In this document: one piece after another, positions 50,334-61,704 of the stretch
Layout of the letters: every line of letters begins with the position of its first letter
Numbering within the stretch: position 1 is the stretch's first letter
Source of the DNA: an uncultured Gemmatimonadales bacterium
Lineage (GTDB): Bacteria > Gemmatimonadota > Gemmatimonadetes > Longimicrobiales > Gaopeijiaceae
DNA: 64,000 bases
Direction: 5' to 3'
Assembly (NCBI GenBank): GCA_963809895.1
Contig: CAWELD010000010.1
Coordinates: forward strand, 192,001-256,000
The notes under the pieces: model-generated
The model's database searches: none
What the model saw: only the letters and a program-made list of their open reading frames with translations
What the model was told of the DNA's origin: nothing
Translations under genes and position numbers: made by a program

Positions 50334-52352
50334 TCATGACGAGGTCGGTCCGAGGCGGAGGACTCCGACGCTGTCGACGTCGAGCGTCCAGTCCGGGGGG
50401 AGCCATGTGGTGGCCGAGTAGTCCAGGATCAATGCCGGGCCCTCGATCCGGTGTCCGGGGCGCAGGTCCTTCCTCCAGGCGCGGGCCGTGCGCAGGGTCT
50501 CGCCTCCGTACACGACCCGGGCTTCCCCGAGAGGTGGCGGACCTTCGGCTCGCGCCAGCTCGGGGAGGGGGACGTCGGCCCCGGGAGCCGTGGCCACCGC
50601 CCGCAGCGTGACCGCCTCGACCGGCGCGTGGTCGCGTCGGTAGCCGTAGCGCAGTGCATGGGCCTGGTGGAACGCCTCGATCCACTCGGCCGCGGGCACC
50701 CGTAGCTCGAAGCTCTGGCCACGGTAGCGGGCGTCCACGCGCCGTTCCACCACGATGTCGCGACGCTCGATGCCCTCGGCTACCAGCGCCTCCACCGCCA
50801 CCCGCTCCAGCTCGGCGAACACCTCCGACAGCCGTGAGGCGGTGCCGGGATCGTCGCTGCTCGAGAGGACGGAGCGCGACGCCTCGCGGGTCACCGGCGC
50901 CGTGAGAATCCCCCAGGCGGACAGGAGGCCCGGGTCCGGGGGGATCAGGGCGCGGGCGGCGCCCAGGCGGTTCGCGAGCTCGGCCGCGTGCAGCGCTCCG
51001 GCACCTCCGAAGGCCACCAGTGGGAACTCCGCGGGATCGTAGCCCCGCTCTACGGAGATCACGCGCAGCGCCCGCTCCATAGCGGTGTCGGCCACGGCCA
51101 GGACGCCCTCCGCGGCGTCTTCGGCGGTGGCCCCCAGCGCGCGGGCCAGGGCCGCCAGCGGCTCCTCCACCGCGTTCCGGTCCAGGCGGCCCTCCCCTCC
51201 CAGGAAGGCGTCCACCGGAATTCGCCCGAGCCAGACGTGGGCGTCGGTCACCGTGACGCCCTGTCCGCCACGGCCGTACGCGATGGGGCCGGGGTCGGCG
51301 CCCGCGCTCTCGGGTCCCACGCGCAAGGCGCCGCCCGGATCGACGTGCGCCAGGGAGCCGCCGCCCGCGCCCACGGTGTGGATGTCGAGCACGGGCACCG
51401 CCACCGGGTGACCACCGATCTCGAACTCGCGGGTGTGAAGGGGCCGTCCCGGGCACAGGGACACGTCGGTCGACGTGCCCCCCATGTCGAAGGTCACCGC
51501 CCCATCGAATCCGGCGCGTCGTGCCCAGGCGAGGGCCCCGACCACGCCTCCGGCTGGACCGGAGAGCACCGTATGGACCGGCTCCCGCCGGGCGCGCCGG
51601 ACCGCCAGCGTTCCGCCGTTCGACCCCATGATCGCCAGGCGCGTCGCTCCGGCGTCGCGATCCAGGCGGCCGAGGTAGCGGTCCATGACCGGCGCCACGT
51701 ACGCATTGACCACGGTGGTACTGGTGCGCTCGTACTCCCGGTATTCCGGCAGCAGGCGGGACGACACCGACAGTGGCAGATCCAGGGCAGTCAGGGCCTC
51801 CGCGACGGCCTCCTCGTGGGCGGGATCCGCGTAGCTGTGCAGGAGGCACACCGCGACCGACTCGGCGCCACTGTCGCCGACCCGTGCGGCCAGCGTCGCC
51901 AGTTCACCGTCGTCCAGGGGGGTCACCTCCTCGCCCTGGGGGCCCAGGCGGCCCGCAATCCCCAGGCGACGCTCGCGAGGCACCAGCGGAGGTTCCCGGT
52001 GGCCCACCAGCGCGTAGAGCTGTGGCCGATTCTGGCGCCCGATGGCGAGCACGTCTTCGAAGCCCTCGTTGGTGACCAACGTCACCCGGGCGCCTTTGCG
52101 CTCCAGCAGCGCGTTGGTGGCCACCGTCGATCCGTGCAGGAGCAGGAACGGCTCGCCCGCTGCCAGGATCCGGCCGAGACCCTGAAGCACGGCCTCGGCC
52201 GGATCGCCCGGCGTCGACGGCACCTTGAGCGTGCTCAGGCGACGGTCGCGCCACAGGAGCAGATCCGTGAAGGTGCCACCGGTATCCACGGCCACGATGG
52301 TGGACGGGGCCTCGGACGCTGACGTTGACGGGTCGGGAGCGGGTCGGGACAT
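50334..52352 (-). CDS. Hydantoinase/oxoprolinase family protein (A subunit)
   Basis: VDTGGTFTD, HGSTVATNALLE, LSGPAGGV, DMGGTSTD, GAGGGS, GP.SAGADPGP. Confidence 0.93.
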   Translation of the reverse strand: MSRPAPDPSTSASEAPSTIVAVDTGGTFTDLLLWRDRRLSTLKVPSTPGDPAEAVLQGLGRILAAGEPFLLLHGSTVATNALLERKGARVTLVTNEGFEDVLAIGRQNRPQLYALVGHREPPLVPRERRLGIAGRLGPQGEEVTPLDDGELATLAARVGDSGAESVAVCLLHSYADPAHEEAVAEALTALDLPLSVSSRLLPEYREYERTSTTVVNAYVAPVMDRYLGRLDRDAGATRLAIMGSNGGTLAVRRARREPVHTVLSGPAGGVVGALAWARRAGFDGAVTFDMGGTSTDVSLCPGRPLHTREFEIGGHPVAVPVLDIHTVGAGGGSLAHVDPGGALRVGPESAGADPGPIAYGRGGQGVTVTDAHVWLGRIPVDAFLGGEGRLDRNAVEEPLAALARALGATAEDAAEGVLAVADTAMERALRVISVERGYDPAEFPLVAFGGAGALHAAELANRLGAARALIPPDPGLLSAWGILTAPVTREASRSVLSSSDDPGTASRLSEVFAELERVAVEALVAEGIERRDIVVERRVDARYRGQSFELRVPAAEWIEAFHQAHALRYGYRRDHAPVEAVTLRAVATAPGADVPLPELARAEGPPPLGEARVVYGGETLRTARAWRKDLRPGHRIEGPALILDYSATTWLPPDWTLDVDSVGVLRLGPTSS

Positions 52353-52417
52353 TTTCAGCGGTTCGCCGCCGCGGTCCTCGGGATCCGCGGCGTGGTCGTC
52401 TTCGATTCGAGAGCTTC

Positions 52418-53929
<1,512 letters not shown>

Positions 53930-53955
53930 CGGCCACGCTCCGCGGGACGCCGTCG

Positions 53956-55332
53956 TCAACCGCCCAGGGTGTCCGCCACCTCGGCGTAGAGGCGGATCAG
54001 GGCCTCCGTGCCGCGCTCCACGTTCTCGACGGGGATCCACTCGTCGGGGGCGTGCATGTTGCAGCCCGGGAGCGCGAAGCCCACCAACAGGACCGGGGCG
54101 CCCAGAATCTCCTCGAAGTCACCCACGATGGGGATCGAGCCCCCCTCGCCCACCAGGACCGGCGCCTTCCCGAAGGACTCCTTCAGCGCCCGCGAAGCGG
54201 CATCGAAGAGCGGCCCGCTGGGATCGGCCCTCCAGGGGCGCCCGCCGTGCAGCTCCAGCACCTCGGTGCGCACGCCGGCGGGCGTCACCCGGTCGAGGTG
54301 GGCCCGGACCTGCTGGGCTACCCTGGCCGGATCCTGATCCGGCACCAGGCGGAAGCTGATCTTGGCCATGGCCCGAGCGGGTAGCACGGTCTTGGCGCCT
54401 TCGCCCGTGTATCCCGACAGCAGCCCGTTGACCTCGCAGGTCGGACGAATCCAGAGCCTCTCCAGCGTGGAGTAGCCCGCTTCTCCGGCCAGTGCCGGCG
54501 CTCCCACGCTGTCGCGGAACTCCTCGTCGTCGAAGTCCAGCGCGCGAATCGCGGCTCGCGTGTCTTCGTCCCACTCCAGCACATCATCGTAGAAGCCGTC
54601 GACGGTGATGCGGCCCTCCTCGTCGTGCATGGAGTCGATGATGTGTGCCAGCGCCGCGGCCGGGTTGGGTACCGCCCCGCCGTAGGCACCGGAGTGCAGG
54701 TCGCTGCGGGCCGCCGACACGTGGAGCTCGAGATAGGCCAGCCCGCGCAGGCTGAAGAGGAGCGAGGGCTGCCCCTCGGAGAACATCTGCGAGTCCGAGA
54801 TGATCACTGCGTCGGCGGCGAGGCGGTCCTTCCAACGCTCGACGAAGGGGACCAGGTTGGGCGACCCGATCTCCTCCTCGCCCTCGGCGACCACCACGAC
54901 GTTGAGCGGGAGCGAGCCCGCGCCCCTCAGGCTGGCCTCCAGCGCCTTGACGTGCATGTAGAGCTGGCCCTTGTCGTCGGCGGAGCCGCGGGCATAGATG
55001 AGTCCGTCCCGGATCTCCGGCTCGAAGGGTGACGACGTCCATTCGTCCAGCGGCTCCGGAGGCTGCACGTCGTAGTGGCCGTAGATCAGGAGCGTCGGCG
55101 CATCGGGTCCCGCTTCGCGCCATTCGCCGAGGACCACCGGGTGTCGGGGTGTGTCCATGACCTCGGCATCGAGGCCGGCCTCACGCATCCGCTGGGCGAG
55201 CCAGGTCGCGGCGCGCGTCGTGTCGGCATCGTGGGCGGAGCTCGCGCTCACGGAGGGGATGCGGAGAAAATCGAACAGCTCTTCCTGGAACCGGAAGCGG
55301 TGCTCCTGGGCGAAGCGTATCGCGTCGTTCAT
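53956..55332 (-). CDS. M20 family dipeptidase
   Basis: LRIPSVS, YGHYDVQP, RG.ADDKGQ, EGEEEIGS, DLHSG, GGSIP, HAPDE. Confidence 0.93.
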   Translation of the reverse strand: MNDAIRFAQEHRFRFQEELFDFLRIPSVSASSAHDADTTRAATWLAQRMREAGLDAEVMDTPRHPVVLGEWREAGPDAPTLLIYGHYDVQPPEPLDEWTSSPFEPEIRDGLIYARGSADDKGQLYMHVKALEASLRGAGSLPLNVVVVAEGEEEIGSPNLVPFVERWKDRLAADAVIISDSQMFSEGQPSLLFSLRGLAYLELHVSAARSDLHSGAYGGAVPNPAAALAHIIDSMHDEEGRITVDGFYDDVLEWDEDTRAAIRALDFDDEEFRDSVGAPALAGEAGYSTLERLWIRPTCEVNGLLSGYTGEGAKTVLPARAMAKISFRLVPDQDPARVAQQVRAHLDRVTPAGVRTEVLELHGGRPWRADPSGPLFDAASRALKESFGKAPVLVGEGGSIPIVGDFEEILGAPVLLVGFALPGCNMHAPDEWIPVENVERGTEALIRLYAEVADTLGG

Positions 55333-55383
55333 GGGATCATTCGCGGTCGGGATAATGGGGGCCGGCTTCCGCCGGGCCACCGC

Positions 55384-55425
55384 AAAGAGAAGACGCCGTG
55401 CAACCCTCGGCGGGCGCGCGGCGTC
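55384..55425 (-). terminator. Intrinsic terminator on the minus strand
   Basis: Minus strand gacgccgcgcgccc-gccga-gggttgcacggcgtc followed by ttctcttt. Confidence 0.7.
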
Positions 55426-55660
55426 AGAGAACATGCAGGGTGGACGGGTGGTGTGGTGAACGAGTGCCCTGCTTTCGAAACAGCGACGCCCGGCGCTATC
55501 CCGGGCGCGAGGGATTGGTCATCCCTTCGACATAGTGGACCGCCACCGGACCCGGTGTCCGTGGTGGGTTGGACGACGGCGCCGGCCACGCGATTCAGCG
55601 TGGGCCGGCGTCGGTCTTTGTGGAGCTCGCCTGGAAGGGGATCCTCCGGGGACACGGTGC
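55384..55660 (-). ncRNA. Candidate structured RNA (sRNA or leader); family not recognised
   Basis: A 334-bp intergenic gap holding five or six consecutive hairpins and ending in a terminator. Confidence 0.45.
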
Positions 55661-55666
55661 AGCGGG

Positions 55667-55945
55667 TCAGACCAGGTGTCGCACGCCCCATCGGTACGTC
55701 CACGTCATGAGCGCCGCGAAGACCGCGGCGGCGCCCATGCCACCGGGGCTGAGCGAGCGCGGGTCGTAGAAGTGGAAGATCCCGACCCCGAGCATCCCGC
55801 CGATGACCGACGCGAAGGCACCGAGCCCCATGATCACCCCCGTGTGCCCGGAGGTCTCCTCAGGCCGCTTCACCACGGCCTTCATGACGAGGCCGATGAC
55901 GGCCCCCATGACGATCCAGATTCCGATTCCGATCCAGTTCTCCAT
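55667..55945 (-). CDS. GlsB/YeaQ/YmgE-like small membrane protein
   Basis: 92 aa, 3 Gly-rich TM helices (WIVMGAVIG...LGA..SVIGG). Confidence 0.75.
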   Translation of the reverse strand: MENWIGIGIWIVMGAVIGLVMKAVVKRPEETSGHTGVIMGLGAFASVIGGMLGVGIFHFYDPRSLSPGGMGAAAVFAALMTWTYRWGVRHLV

Positions 55946-56057
55946 CGGTCCTTTCGTGTTCGGCGTGGAAGGCGTCGAAACTTACCCCTGTGAGGCGGGC
56001 GTGGCCAGCCCGCGCCGCGCTTGTTGACCGCGGCATCTCATGGAGCGAGCATGGAGC

Positions 56058-56543
56058 ATGAGCGACGACCATGTGATCGACCTGTCCGCCTATTTGCGGG
56101 CGAGAGACGGGGGAGAGGCCGACGCCAGCCCGTTGGCCCTGGAGGGCACCGACGGCGAGCGTCGGCGATACGTCCTGCCGCTGTGGCGGATGGCGTATCT
56201 GGCCAGCGCACGTTGGGCCGGACTGGTGCGGCGCGACCCTTCCGGTGAGGCGGAGGCGGTGGTGATCCTGGACCTGCGGCAGGAGCCGCCCCGCCCCGAG
56301 CCGCCGGCCGGGATGCGGGGCCCCGCCGATGCCGACGTGCCCCCCACGTTCAAGGAGCTCGAGGGTGGCGACCTGGCCATGCCGTTGGGGGTGGGCCCCG
56401 ACGGAGCACGCTGGTTCGTGCTGGTGGGGGATCGAGAGGATGGTGGGCCCGTGACGGAACGCCGCGACGACCTGCTCTTCCTCGCCGGGGAGTGTGCCGG
56501 CCTGCTGACGCTGTTGGAGGGATCCAGCACTCCGGCGCGGTGA
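56058..56543 (+). CDS. Hypothetical protein
   Basis: Fills the gap between flanking genes with typical codon usage; GGAG before the ATG; no clear motif. Confidence 0.6.
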   Translation: MSDDHVIDLSAYLRARDGGEADASPLALEGTDGERRRYVLPLWRMAYLASARWAGLVRRDPSGEAEAVVILDLRQEPPRPEPPAGMRGPADADVPPTFKELEGGDLAMPLGVGPDGARWFVLVGDREDGGPVTERRDDLLFLAGECAGLLTLLEGSSTPAR

Positions 56544-56546
56544 CGC

Positions 56547-57212
56547 TCAGCCGCCGTCCTCGCGGCCCATTCGCCGCTTGAGCTCTTCGAGTCGTGCGTC
56601 GACATCGACCTGCGGCCTGCGGGGCGGCGCGTAGGGATCCACCCTCAGATCGTCGAATTCCCCTCCGATGTCACGGGCGGCGTCGCCGGCCCGCTCCGTC
56701 TCGGAGATGCGCTCTGCCATCCGGTCCAGCTCGTCGAAGAGGTCGTCGGCCTCGCCGAGGCTCTGACGGGCGCCGGTGCGGCCCGCCTGCGCCGCGAGCT
56801 CGTCGCGTCGCTCCCGGGCTTCCTTCACCTTGGCCAGCATCTCCTCGACTTCGGCACGGCGCAGCTCGACTTCCTGCGTCAGAACCGCGGCCTTCTGCTC
56901 CAGTACCTGGTGCCGCTTCCGGTGGCGCTCGGCGTATTCCACCGCCACCGCCACCGTCTCTTCGTCGCCGATGTCACGAGCCATGCGCTCGCGCCGCTCA
57001 CAGGTCTCCACTTCGGCCGCCTCGGCGGCGGTCTCACGGCGGGCCCGCTGGAGCTGCTCCTCGAGTCCCGACAGGTGGGCCTTCGCCTTCGCGGTCTCGT
57101 CCAGCATGCTCTTGAGCAGCCGGTCTACGGTTTCCGGGACCTGATCCCGGGCCAGCTCCTGTCGGAAATTGTCCACGGCTTCACGGAATGCGCGGCGCAG
57201 GTCGTCGAACAT
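56547..57212 (-). CDS. PspA/IM30 family protein
   Basis: 221-aa coiled coil, A...GDEE..A, FDELDRM.E.I, VD.RLEELKRRM ending. Confidence 0.82.
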   Translation of the reverse strand: MFDDLRRAFREAVDNFRQELARDQVPETVDRLLKSMLDETAKAKAHLSGLEEQLQRARRETAAEAAEVETCERRERMARDIGDEETVAVAVEYAERHRKRHQVLEQKAAVLTQEVELRRAEVEEMLAKVKEARERRDELAAQAGRTGARQSLGEADDLFDELDRMAERISETERAGDAARDIGGEFDDLRVDPYAPPRRPQVDVDARLEELKRRMGREDGG

Positions 57213-57215
57213 GGC

Positions 57216-57650
57216 TCAGGACTCGGCGAACATCTCGTCGATGGCGTCCCGGATCGCCTGGAGCGAGGCGCCGTCGCGGTGCATGCGATAGGCCGTGTCC
57301 GCCTCCATGAGGCACACGTCACAGCCCGCGGCGTGATCCGACTCGAAGCAGGTGAGCAGCGATCGGTGGCCGAAATGCTCGCTGCAGTCGCAGTGGCAAT
57401 AGAGTCCATCCAGGATCTGAGGGATCTCGACCGCTTCGAGATAGGCGCGGGACACGTCGGGATACGGCGCGTAGCGATCGGCCGGCACCACCAGGGCAGC
57501 GGTCACGTCGGGCCGGGGGTCGGGATGTACCGCGGCGCGGGCGATCCGAGGCGAGAGCAGGCGGAATCCCACCAGCGCCACCAGCACACCCGCCAGGAGG
57601 AGGATCGGTATGGGGATGCCGTTGCGGGCTCGCTTCTTCGTTTGCGCCAT
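57216..57650 (-). CDS. PCYCGC-motif-like membrane-anchored metal-binding protein
   Basis: N-terminal TM, LYCHCDC...GH.SLL.CF...H...C.VC, IR.AID. Confidence 0.8.
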   Translation of the reverse strand: MAQTKKRARNGIPIPILLLAGVLVALVGFRLLSPRIARAAVHPDPRPDVTAALVVPADRYAPYPDVSRAYLEAVEIPQILDGLYCHCDCSEHFGHRSLLTCFESDHAAGCDVCLMEADTAYRMHRDGASLQAIRDAIDEMFAES

Positions 57651-57768
57651 CTCCGAGGACTCCCTGACAGGTCCGCTGCCGCGAACCCGGGTACCAAGAG
57701 GGGAAGGATACCGTTCTAAGGTAGTATCGTCTGCCGGGGCGTTCCATTCACCGATGCCCCGCCAATAC

Positions 57769-57804
57769 GAAAGGGGCGCCCACCGTGCCGGTGGCGCCCC
57801 TTCG
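57769..57804 (-). terminator. Terminator after the ECF sigma gene
   Basis: aaggggcgc..cac / gtg..gcgcccctt inverted repeat; tttcgtatt on the minus strand. Confidence 0.6.
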
Positions 57805-57822
57805 CATGGTCGCGTCGCAAGG

Positions 57823-58434
57823 TCAGTTCACGAAGGGACCGATGCGCTGCGCGAACGAGTTCCGGGCGCGATGCAGCCGGCTCTTCACCGTGCCGAGATT
57901 GACGCCCGTGATCTCCGAAATCTCTTCGTAGCTCTTTCCCTCCAGCTCTCGGAGCCGGAACACGAGCTGATGATGCTCGGGAAGGTCGGCCACGGTCTCT
58001 TCCACGAGCTTGCGCAGGTGGCGCTTCCGGTAGAGGTCGTCGGGGCGGAGGTTGAAGTCCTCGAACTGAAGAGGGCGGTGATCGTCGTCCCAGTTGTTGG
58101 TGAGCTTCTGGAAGAGCACCAGAGGGCTCCTGGAGCGATTGCGCAGCTCGTTCTTCGAGAGATTGCTGGCGATGGTGTAGACCCAGGTCGAGAACTTCTT
58201 CGTCGTGTCGAATCGATGAAGGTGCCGGGTCACACGGATGAAGGCTTCCTGGACCAGGTCCTGCGCTCGGTCCGGGTCACCGGTCTTGCGGGTGATGAAG
58301 TGGGTCAGGCGGTCCCGATATCGACCGTAGAGTTCCTGGAACGCACCGGGACGGCCCTCCAGATGCGCCGTAACGAGCTCCTCGTCCGACAACTCGGGGA
58401 GGGGCCGCTGGCGCACCGGCTCTGGGTTGGGCAT
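57823..58434 (-). CDS. ECF sigma factor (RpoE/SigW-like)
   Basis: SDEELV, AF.EL..RY, DLVQEAF, FSTW.Y.IA.N, SYEEI...G...GTVKSRL.RAR. Confidence 0.94.
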   Translation of the reverse strand: MPNPEPVRQRPLPELSDEELVTAHLEGRPGAFQELYGRYRDRLTHFITRKTGDPDRAQDLVQEAFIRVTRHLHRFDTTKKFSTWVYTIASNLSKNELRNRSRSPLVLFQKLTNNWDDDHRPLQFEDFNLRPDDLYRKRHLRKLVEETVADLPEHHQLVFRLRELEGKSYEEISEITGVNLGTVKSRLHRARNSFAQRIGPFVN

Positions 58435-58550
58435 GTCCGTTCCTGTCGTGGAGGGCAAGTCAGCGTATAATCACGAATGATTCTTGATTCCACCTCGGAA
58501 GATGACACCTCGAGGCGGGAAGATCAAGCCCCACATTTTCACGATTACGC

Positions 58551-59678
58551 TCATTGTTGGATATTTGGACGATTTGTCAGTGCCTCTACCGACGACCCTG
58601 ACGTAAATCCGACGTATACAGCTTTTTCGACCGATAACGGTTCGTCTCGAGTCGCCAGCGCGGCGGTCGCAGCCGCATCCATCTCCTCGGTCACACCGGC
58701 CTCCATCTCGGCCATGACGTCCTGGCCGATCCCACGCGACTCCATGTAGGCCTCGAACAGACCGACCGGATCACGCCTGCCCCAGTGCTCGAAGAGCTCG
58801 GCCGGAAACGTGTCCCGGGCCTCACGCTCGTCGTGGGTCGCATGGCCACCCATGCGGAAGGTCTCGGCCACCACCATGGCCGGACCCTGTCCCTCCCGGC
58901 CGCGCGCTACGCCCAGGCGGGTCGCCGCGAGTACGTCCAGGACGTTGTTGCCGTCCGCTGGAAAGGAGCGCACGCCGTACGCCTCGGCGAGGCGCCCGAG
59001 GTCTCCGGGCCCGTGCTCTTCGGCTCGGGTACCCAACGCCACCTGGTTGTTCTGGAGGACGAAGACCACGGGCAGCCGTTCCACGGCCGCGAAGTTCATG
59101 CCTTCGTGGAAGGCCGCGGTGCGGGTGGCGCCATCGCCGACGAAGGTGAGCGCGACGCGTTTCTCGGCGCGCAGCTTGAAGGCCAGGGCGATGCCGCTCA
59201 CCACGGGGACGTTGATCCCCATGTGGCTGATGGGTTGGAGAATCCCCCGGCTCAGGTCGCCGATGTGGAGGTCGCGTCCGCCTGACGGAGAGCCGGCGGT
59301 GGCGAGGTAGCCGGCGAACATGTCCGCCAGCGGCATGCCCATCATGTGGAGCGCGCCGGCGTTGCGGATCATGGGGCAGACGACGTCCCGGCCCGGATCC
59401 AGGGCCGCCACCGCGCCCACGGTGACCGCCTCTTCACCGGTCCCGAGCCAGGCCTTGGAGATCACCCCGGTGCGCACCCAGCGCTTCAAACCGATGTCGT
59501 GCAGGCGGGTTCGGAGGAGGTCCCGATAGAGACCGAGAAGCTCGTCGCTACCGACGCGGGCGAGGATGGCGGTGCGCTCGGGATCCTCCACGAGGCGTCG
59601 CCGATAGCGGTCCATGATCTCCGGGTCCGGGGACCATTGGACGTATTCCGGGGGATCGAAGGCTGGATATCGTCGCAT
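58551..59678 (-). CDS. TPP-dependent 2-oxoacid dehydrogenase E1 alpha subunit
   Basis: G.EA, GDGAT...FHEGMNFA...NNQ TPP motif, DGNN, RMGGH..HD, DP. Confidence 0.9.
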   Translation of the reverse strand: MRRYPAFDPPEYVQWSPDPEIMDRYRRRLVEDPERTAILARVGSDELLGLYRDLLRTRLHDIGLKRWVRTGVISKAWLGTGEEAVTVGAVAALDPGRDVVCPMIRNAGALHMMGMPLADMFAGYLATAGSPSGGRDLHIGDLSRGILQPISHMGINVPVVSGIALAFKLRAEKRVALTFVGDGATRTAAFHEGMNFAAVERLPVVFVLQNNQVALGTRAEEHGPGDLGRLAEAYGVRSFPADGNNVLDVLAATRLGVARGREGQGPAMVVAETFRMGGHATHDEREARDTFPAELFEHWGRRDPVGLFEAYMESRGIGQDVMAEMEAGVTEEMDAAATAALATRDEPLSVEKAVYVGFTSGSSVEALTNRPNIQQ

Positions 59679-59944
59679 GGGCGAAAGGTAGCCAGCCGGA
59701 GCCTTCGGGCAACGCGGACACAACGAAAGAGCGGGGGAGGGGAGGGGCCCGAGGATGAAATCCAGCCCCCCCAGGATGGATCCACGGCACCGCCTCCGCA
59801 CTCGCCCCGCTCCGATGCGGCGCTTCGCTCACGCCACAGTCGTAATAAACCGGTCGTGCGCCCTGATGTCACTCTCAATTCGGTACGTTTTGAAAAAAAG
59901 TCCGTTGCAGGCGAGATTACGGGTCCCATGATCCACCGCATCGC

Positions 59945-60649
59945 GTGTTCGCCGTGACCTCATCCAACTCCCGCAGCCGTCCACGCGTCGCCGCCGTCTT
60001 CGGCCTGACGCTCCTGGAGGTCCTGCGCGACCAGGACCGTCCCACCGAAGTCCTCCAGGACGAGGACGTGTCGGTGACCATGCCTCGTCGGCTCGGACTC
60101 AGCGACGTCGTGGAGCGCCAGATCCGGACCTATCGGGAGGCGGTCCGAAAGCGGCGCAGGATGTCCGACGACCAGATGCGCGATCTGGTGCGGTTGGTGG
60201 TCCGACGACCGGACGCGGAAGACGTCTTCCGCGTGGCCGGCCATCAGTTGGCCGGTGGTGGAGGCGAGGACGATCCTGAACCCGGTGCCCTGCGCCGGCT
60301 GTTACCGCGCGGCGTCCGCTTCGCCCTGGCCCGGCGACGGGTGCGGCGCCGGTTGCGCGCGCTCTTCGGCCGCCGCGTGGGAGCCTTCGTACCGGGACCG
60401 TTCGCCCTCGAGGGCCGCTCGCTCCTCTTCATCCAGACCGACCCGGGTGGAGACGCCTGCCACTTTCTGTCGGGCCTGTGCCAGACGGTGCTGGACCAGT
60501 CGGTGGGCGATCGGGTACGGGTGGTCCATTCCCAGTGCGAGTCCCGCGGGGATGACGTGTGCCGGTGGTCGGTGGCCGCCGAGGCCCGCATCCGGGACAA
60601 GGAGAAGGTGGGCGAGCTTCTGCTGGGACCCGAGCTGGAGACGGGCTGA
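59945..60649 (+). CDS. Hypothetical protein with V4R-like C-terminus
   Basis: AC.F..GL......V.H..C..RGD..C.W pattern; start may be GTG 59954. Confidence 0.65.
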   Translation: MFAVTSSNSRSRPRVAAVFGLTLLEVLRDQDRPTEVLQDEDVSVTMPRRLGLSDVVERQIRTYREAVRKRRRMSDDQMRDLVRLVVRRPDAEDVFRVAGHQLAGGGGEDDPEPGALRRLLPRGVRFALARRRVRRRLRALFGRRVGAFVPGPFALEGRSLLFIQTDPGGDACHFLSGLCQTVLDQSVGDRVRVVHSQCESRGDDVCRWSVAAEARIRDKEKVGELLLGPELETG

Positions 60650-60701
60650 CGCCGTCTGGCCGGCCCGGACATCGATTTTCCACGAGCCGACAGGATCACT
60701 C

Positions 60702-61172
60702 ATGACGCAGGTTGCCGCGGGCGACACGGCGCCCGACTTCGCTCTTCCCGCCGACGACGGCTCCACGGTGCGACTCTCCGACCACCGTGGCCACAAGGTC
60801 GTCCTGTACTTCTATCCCAAGGACGACACCTCGGGTTGCACCGCCCAGGCGTGCGAGCTCCGGGACGACCTGCCCCGTTTCGACGAGCTGGGTGTGCAGG
60901 TTCTGGGTGTGAGCCCGGACCCGGTGAAATCCCATGTGAAGTTCAAGGAGAAGTACGACCTGAACTTTCCCCTCCTCGCCGACGAGGACCACGCGGTCTC
61001 CCAGGCCTACGGCGTCTGGAAGGAGAAGTCCATGTACGGGCGAAAGTACATGGGTATCGAGCGGAGCACCTTCCTCATCGACGAGGAAGGGCGCATCGCG
61101 GAAGCGTGGCGCAAGGTGAAGCCCCGGGGCCACTCGGACATGCTGCAGGACTACCTGACGAAGGAGGGCTGA
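60702..61172 (+). CDS. bcp: Peroxiredoxin BCP
   Basis: APDF.L, VLYFYPKDDTSGCT.QAC, GVSPD, RSTFLID. Confidence 0.95.
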   Translation: MTQVAAGDTAPDFALPADDGSTVRLSDHRGHKVVLYFYPKDDTSGCTAQACELRDDLPRFDELGVQVLGVSPDPVKSHVKFKEKYDLNFPLLADEDHAVSQAYGVWKEKSMYGRKYMGIERSTFLIDEEGRIAEAWRKVKPRGHSDMLQDYLTKEG

Positions 61173-61182
61173 CCCCGGGGGC

Positions 61183-61704
61183 TCAGGGCGGCCCCTCGGC
61201 CTTCATGCGACCCTCGACTCGCCGGAGCGTGTCTCCCAGCGCCCGGTGCACCTTGTACAGGCACAGGTCCTGGACGACCTGGCGTCCGGCAGCACGGGCC
61301 TCGGCCGCGGCCTCATCCGCGCGAATGCCCTCCTGGAGCCAGATCACCGGGTGTTCGGGGCGAGCCATGGCCTCGCGCACGATGTCCCCCGCCTCGGCCG
61401 AGGGACGAAAGACCAGGACCATGTCCACGGGCTCCGTCACCTCGGACAGCGAGTGACGTGCTTCCTTGCCCAGGATGCGGTCCGCCGTGGGATTGACGGG
61501 GATGATCTCCGCACCCTTGGCCGCCAGGTACGACGGGATGCGACGGGCCGGCTTGACGGGGTCCCGCGAGATTCCGACCACCGCGATGCGCATGGTCCTG
61601 CGAACGATGTCGTGGATCTCGTCCGCCGAAGGATTGTCCGCGTCGGAACTGGCCCGCAGGGTCGCGTCCAGCGCCGCCCGGTCGTAGGCTTGATTGGTCT
61701 TCAT
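61183..61704 (-). CDS. CoA-binding protein (YccU-like)
   Basis: IAVVG.S.DP.K, PVNP, VD.V.VFRP, WLQEGI, V.D.C. Confidence 0.9.
   Translation of the reverse strand: MKTNQAYDRAALDATLRASSDADNPSADEIHDIVRRTMRIAVVGISRDPVKPARRIPSYLAAKGAEIIPVNPTADRILGKEARHSLSEVTEPVDMVLVFRPSAEAGDIVREAMARPEHPVIWLQEGIRADEAAAEARAAGRQVVQDLCLYKVHRALGDTLRRVEGRMKAEGPP

Noticed and set aside
58440..58650. Local low-GC patch (possible foreign DNA)
   Set aside because: Short and directly upstream of the ECF sigma; better explained as promoter region. No mobility signs.
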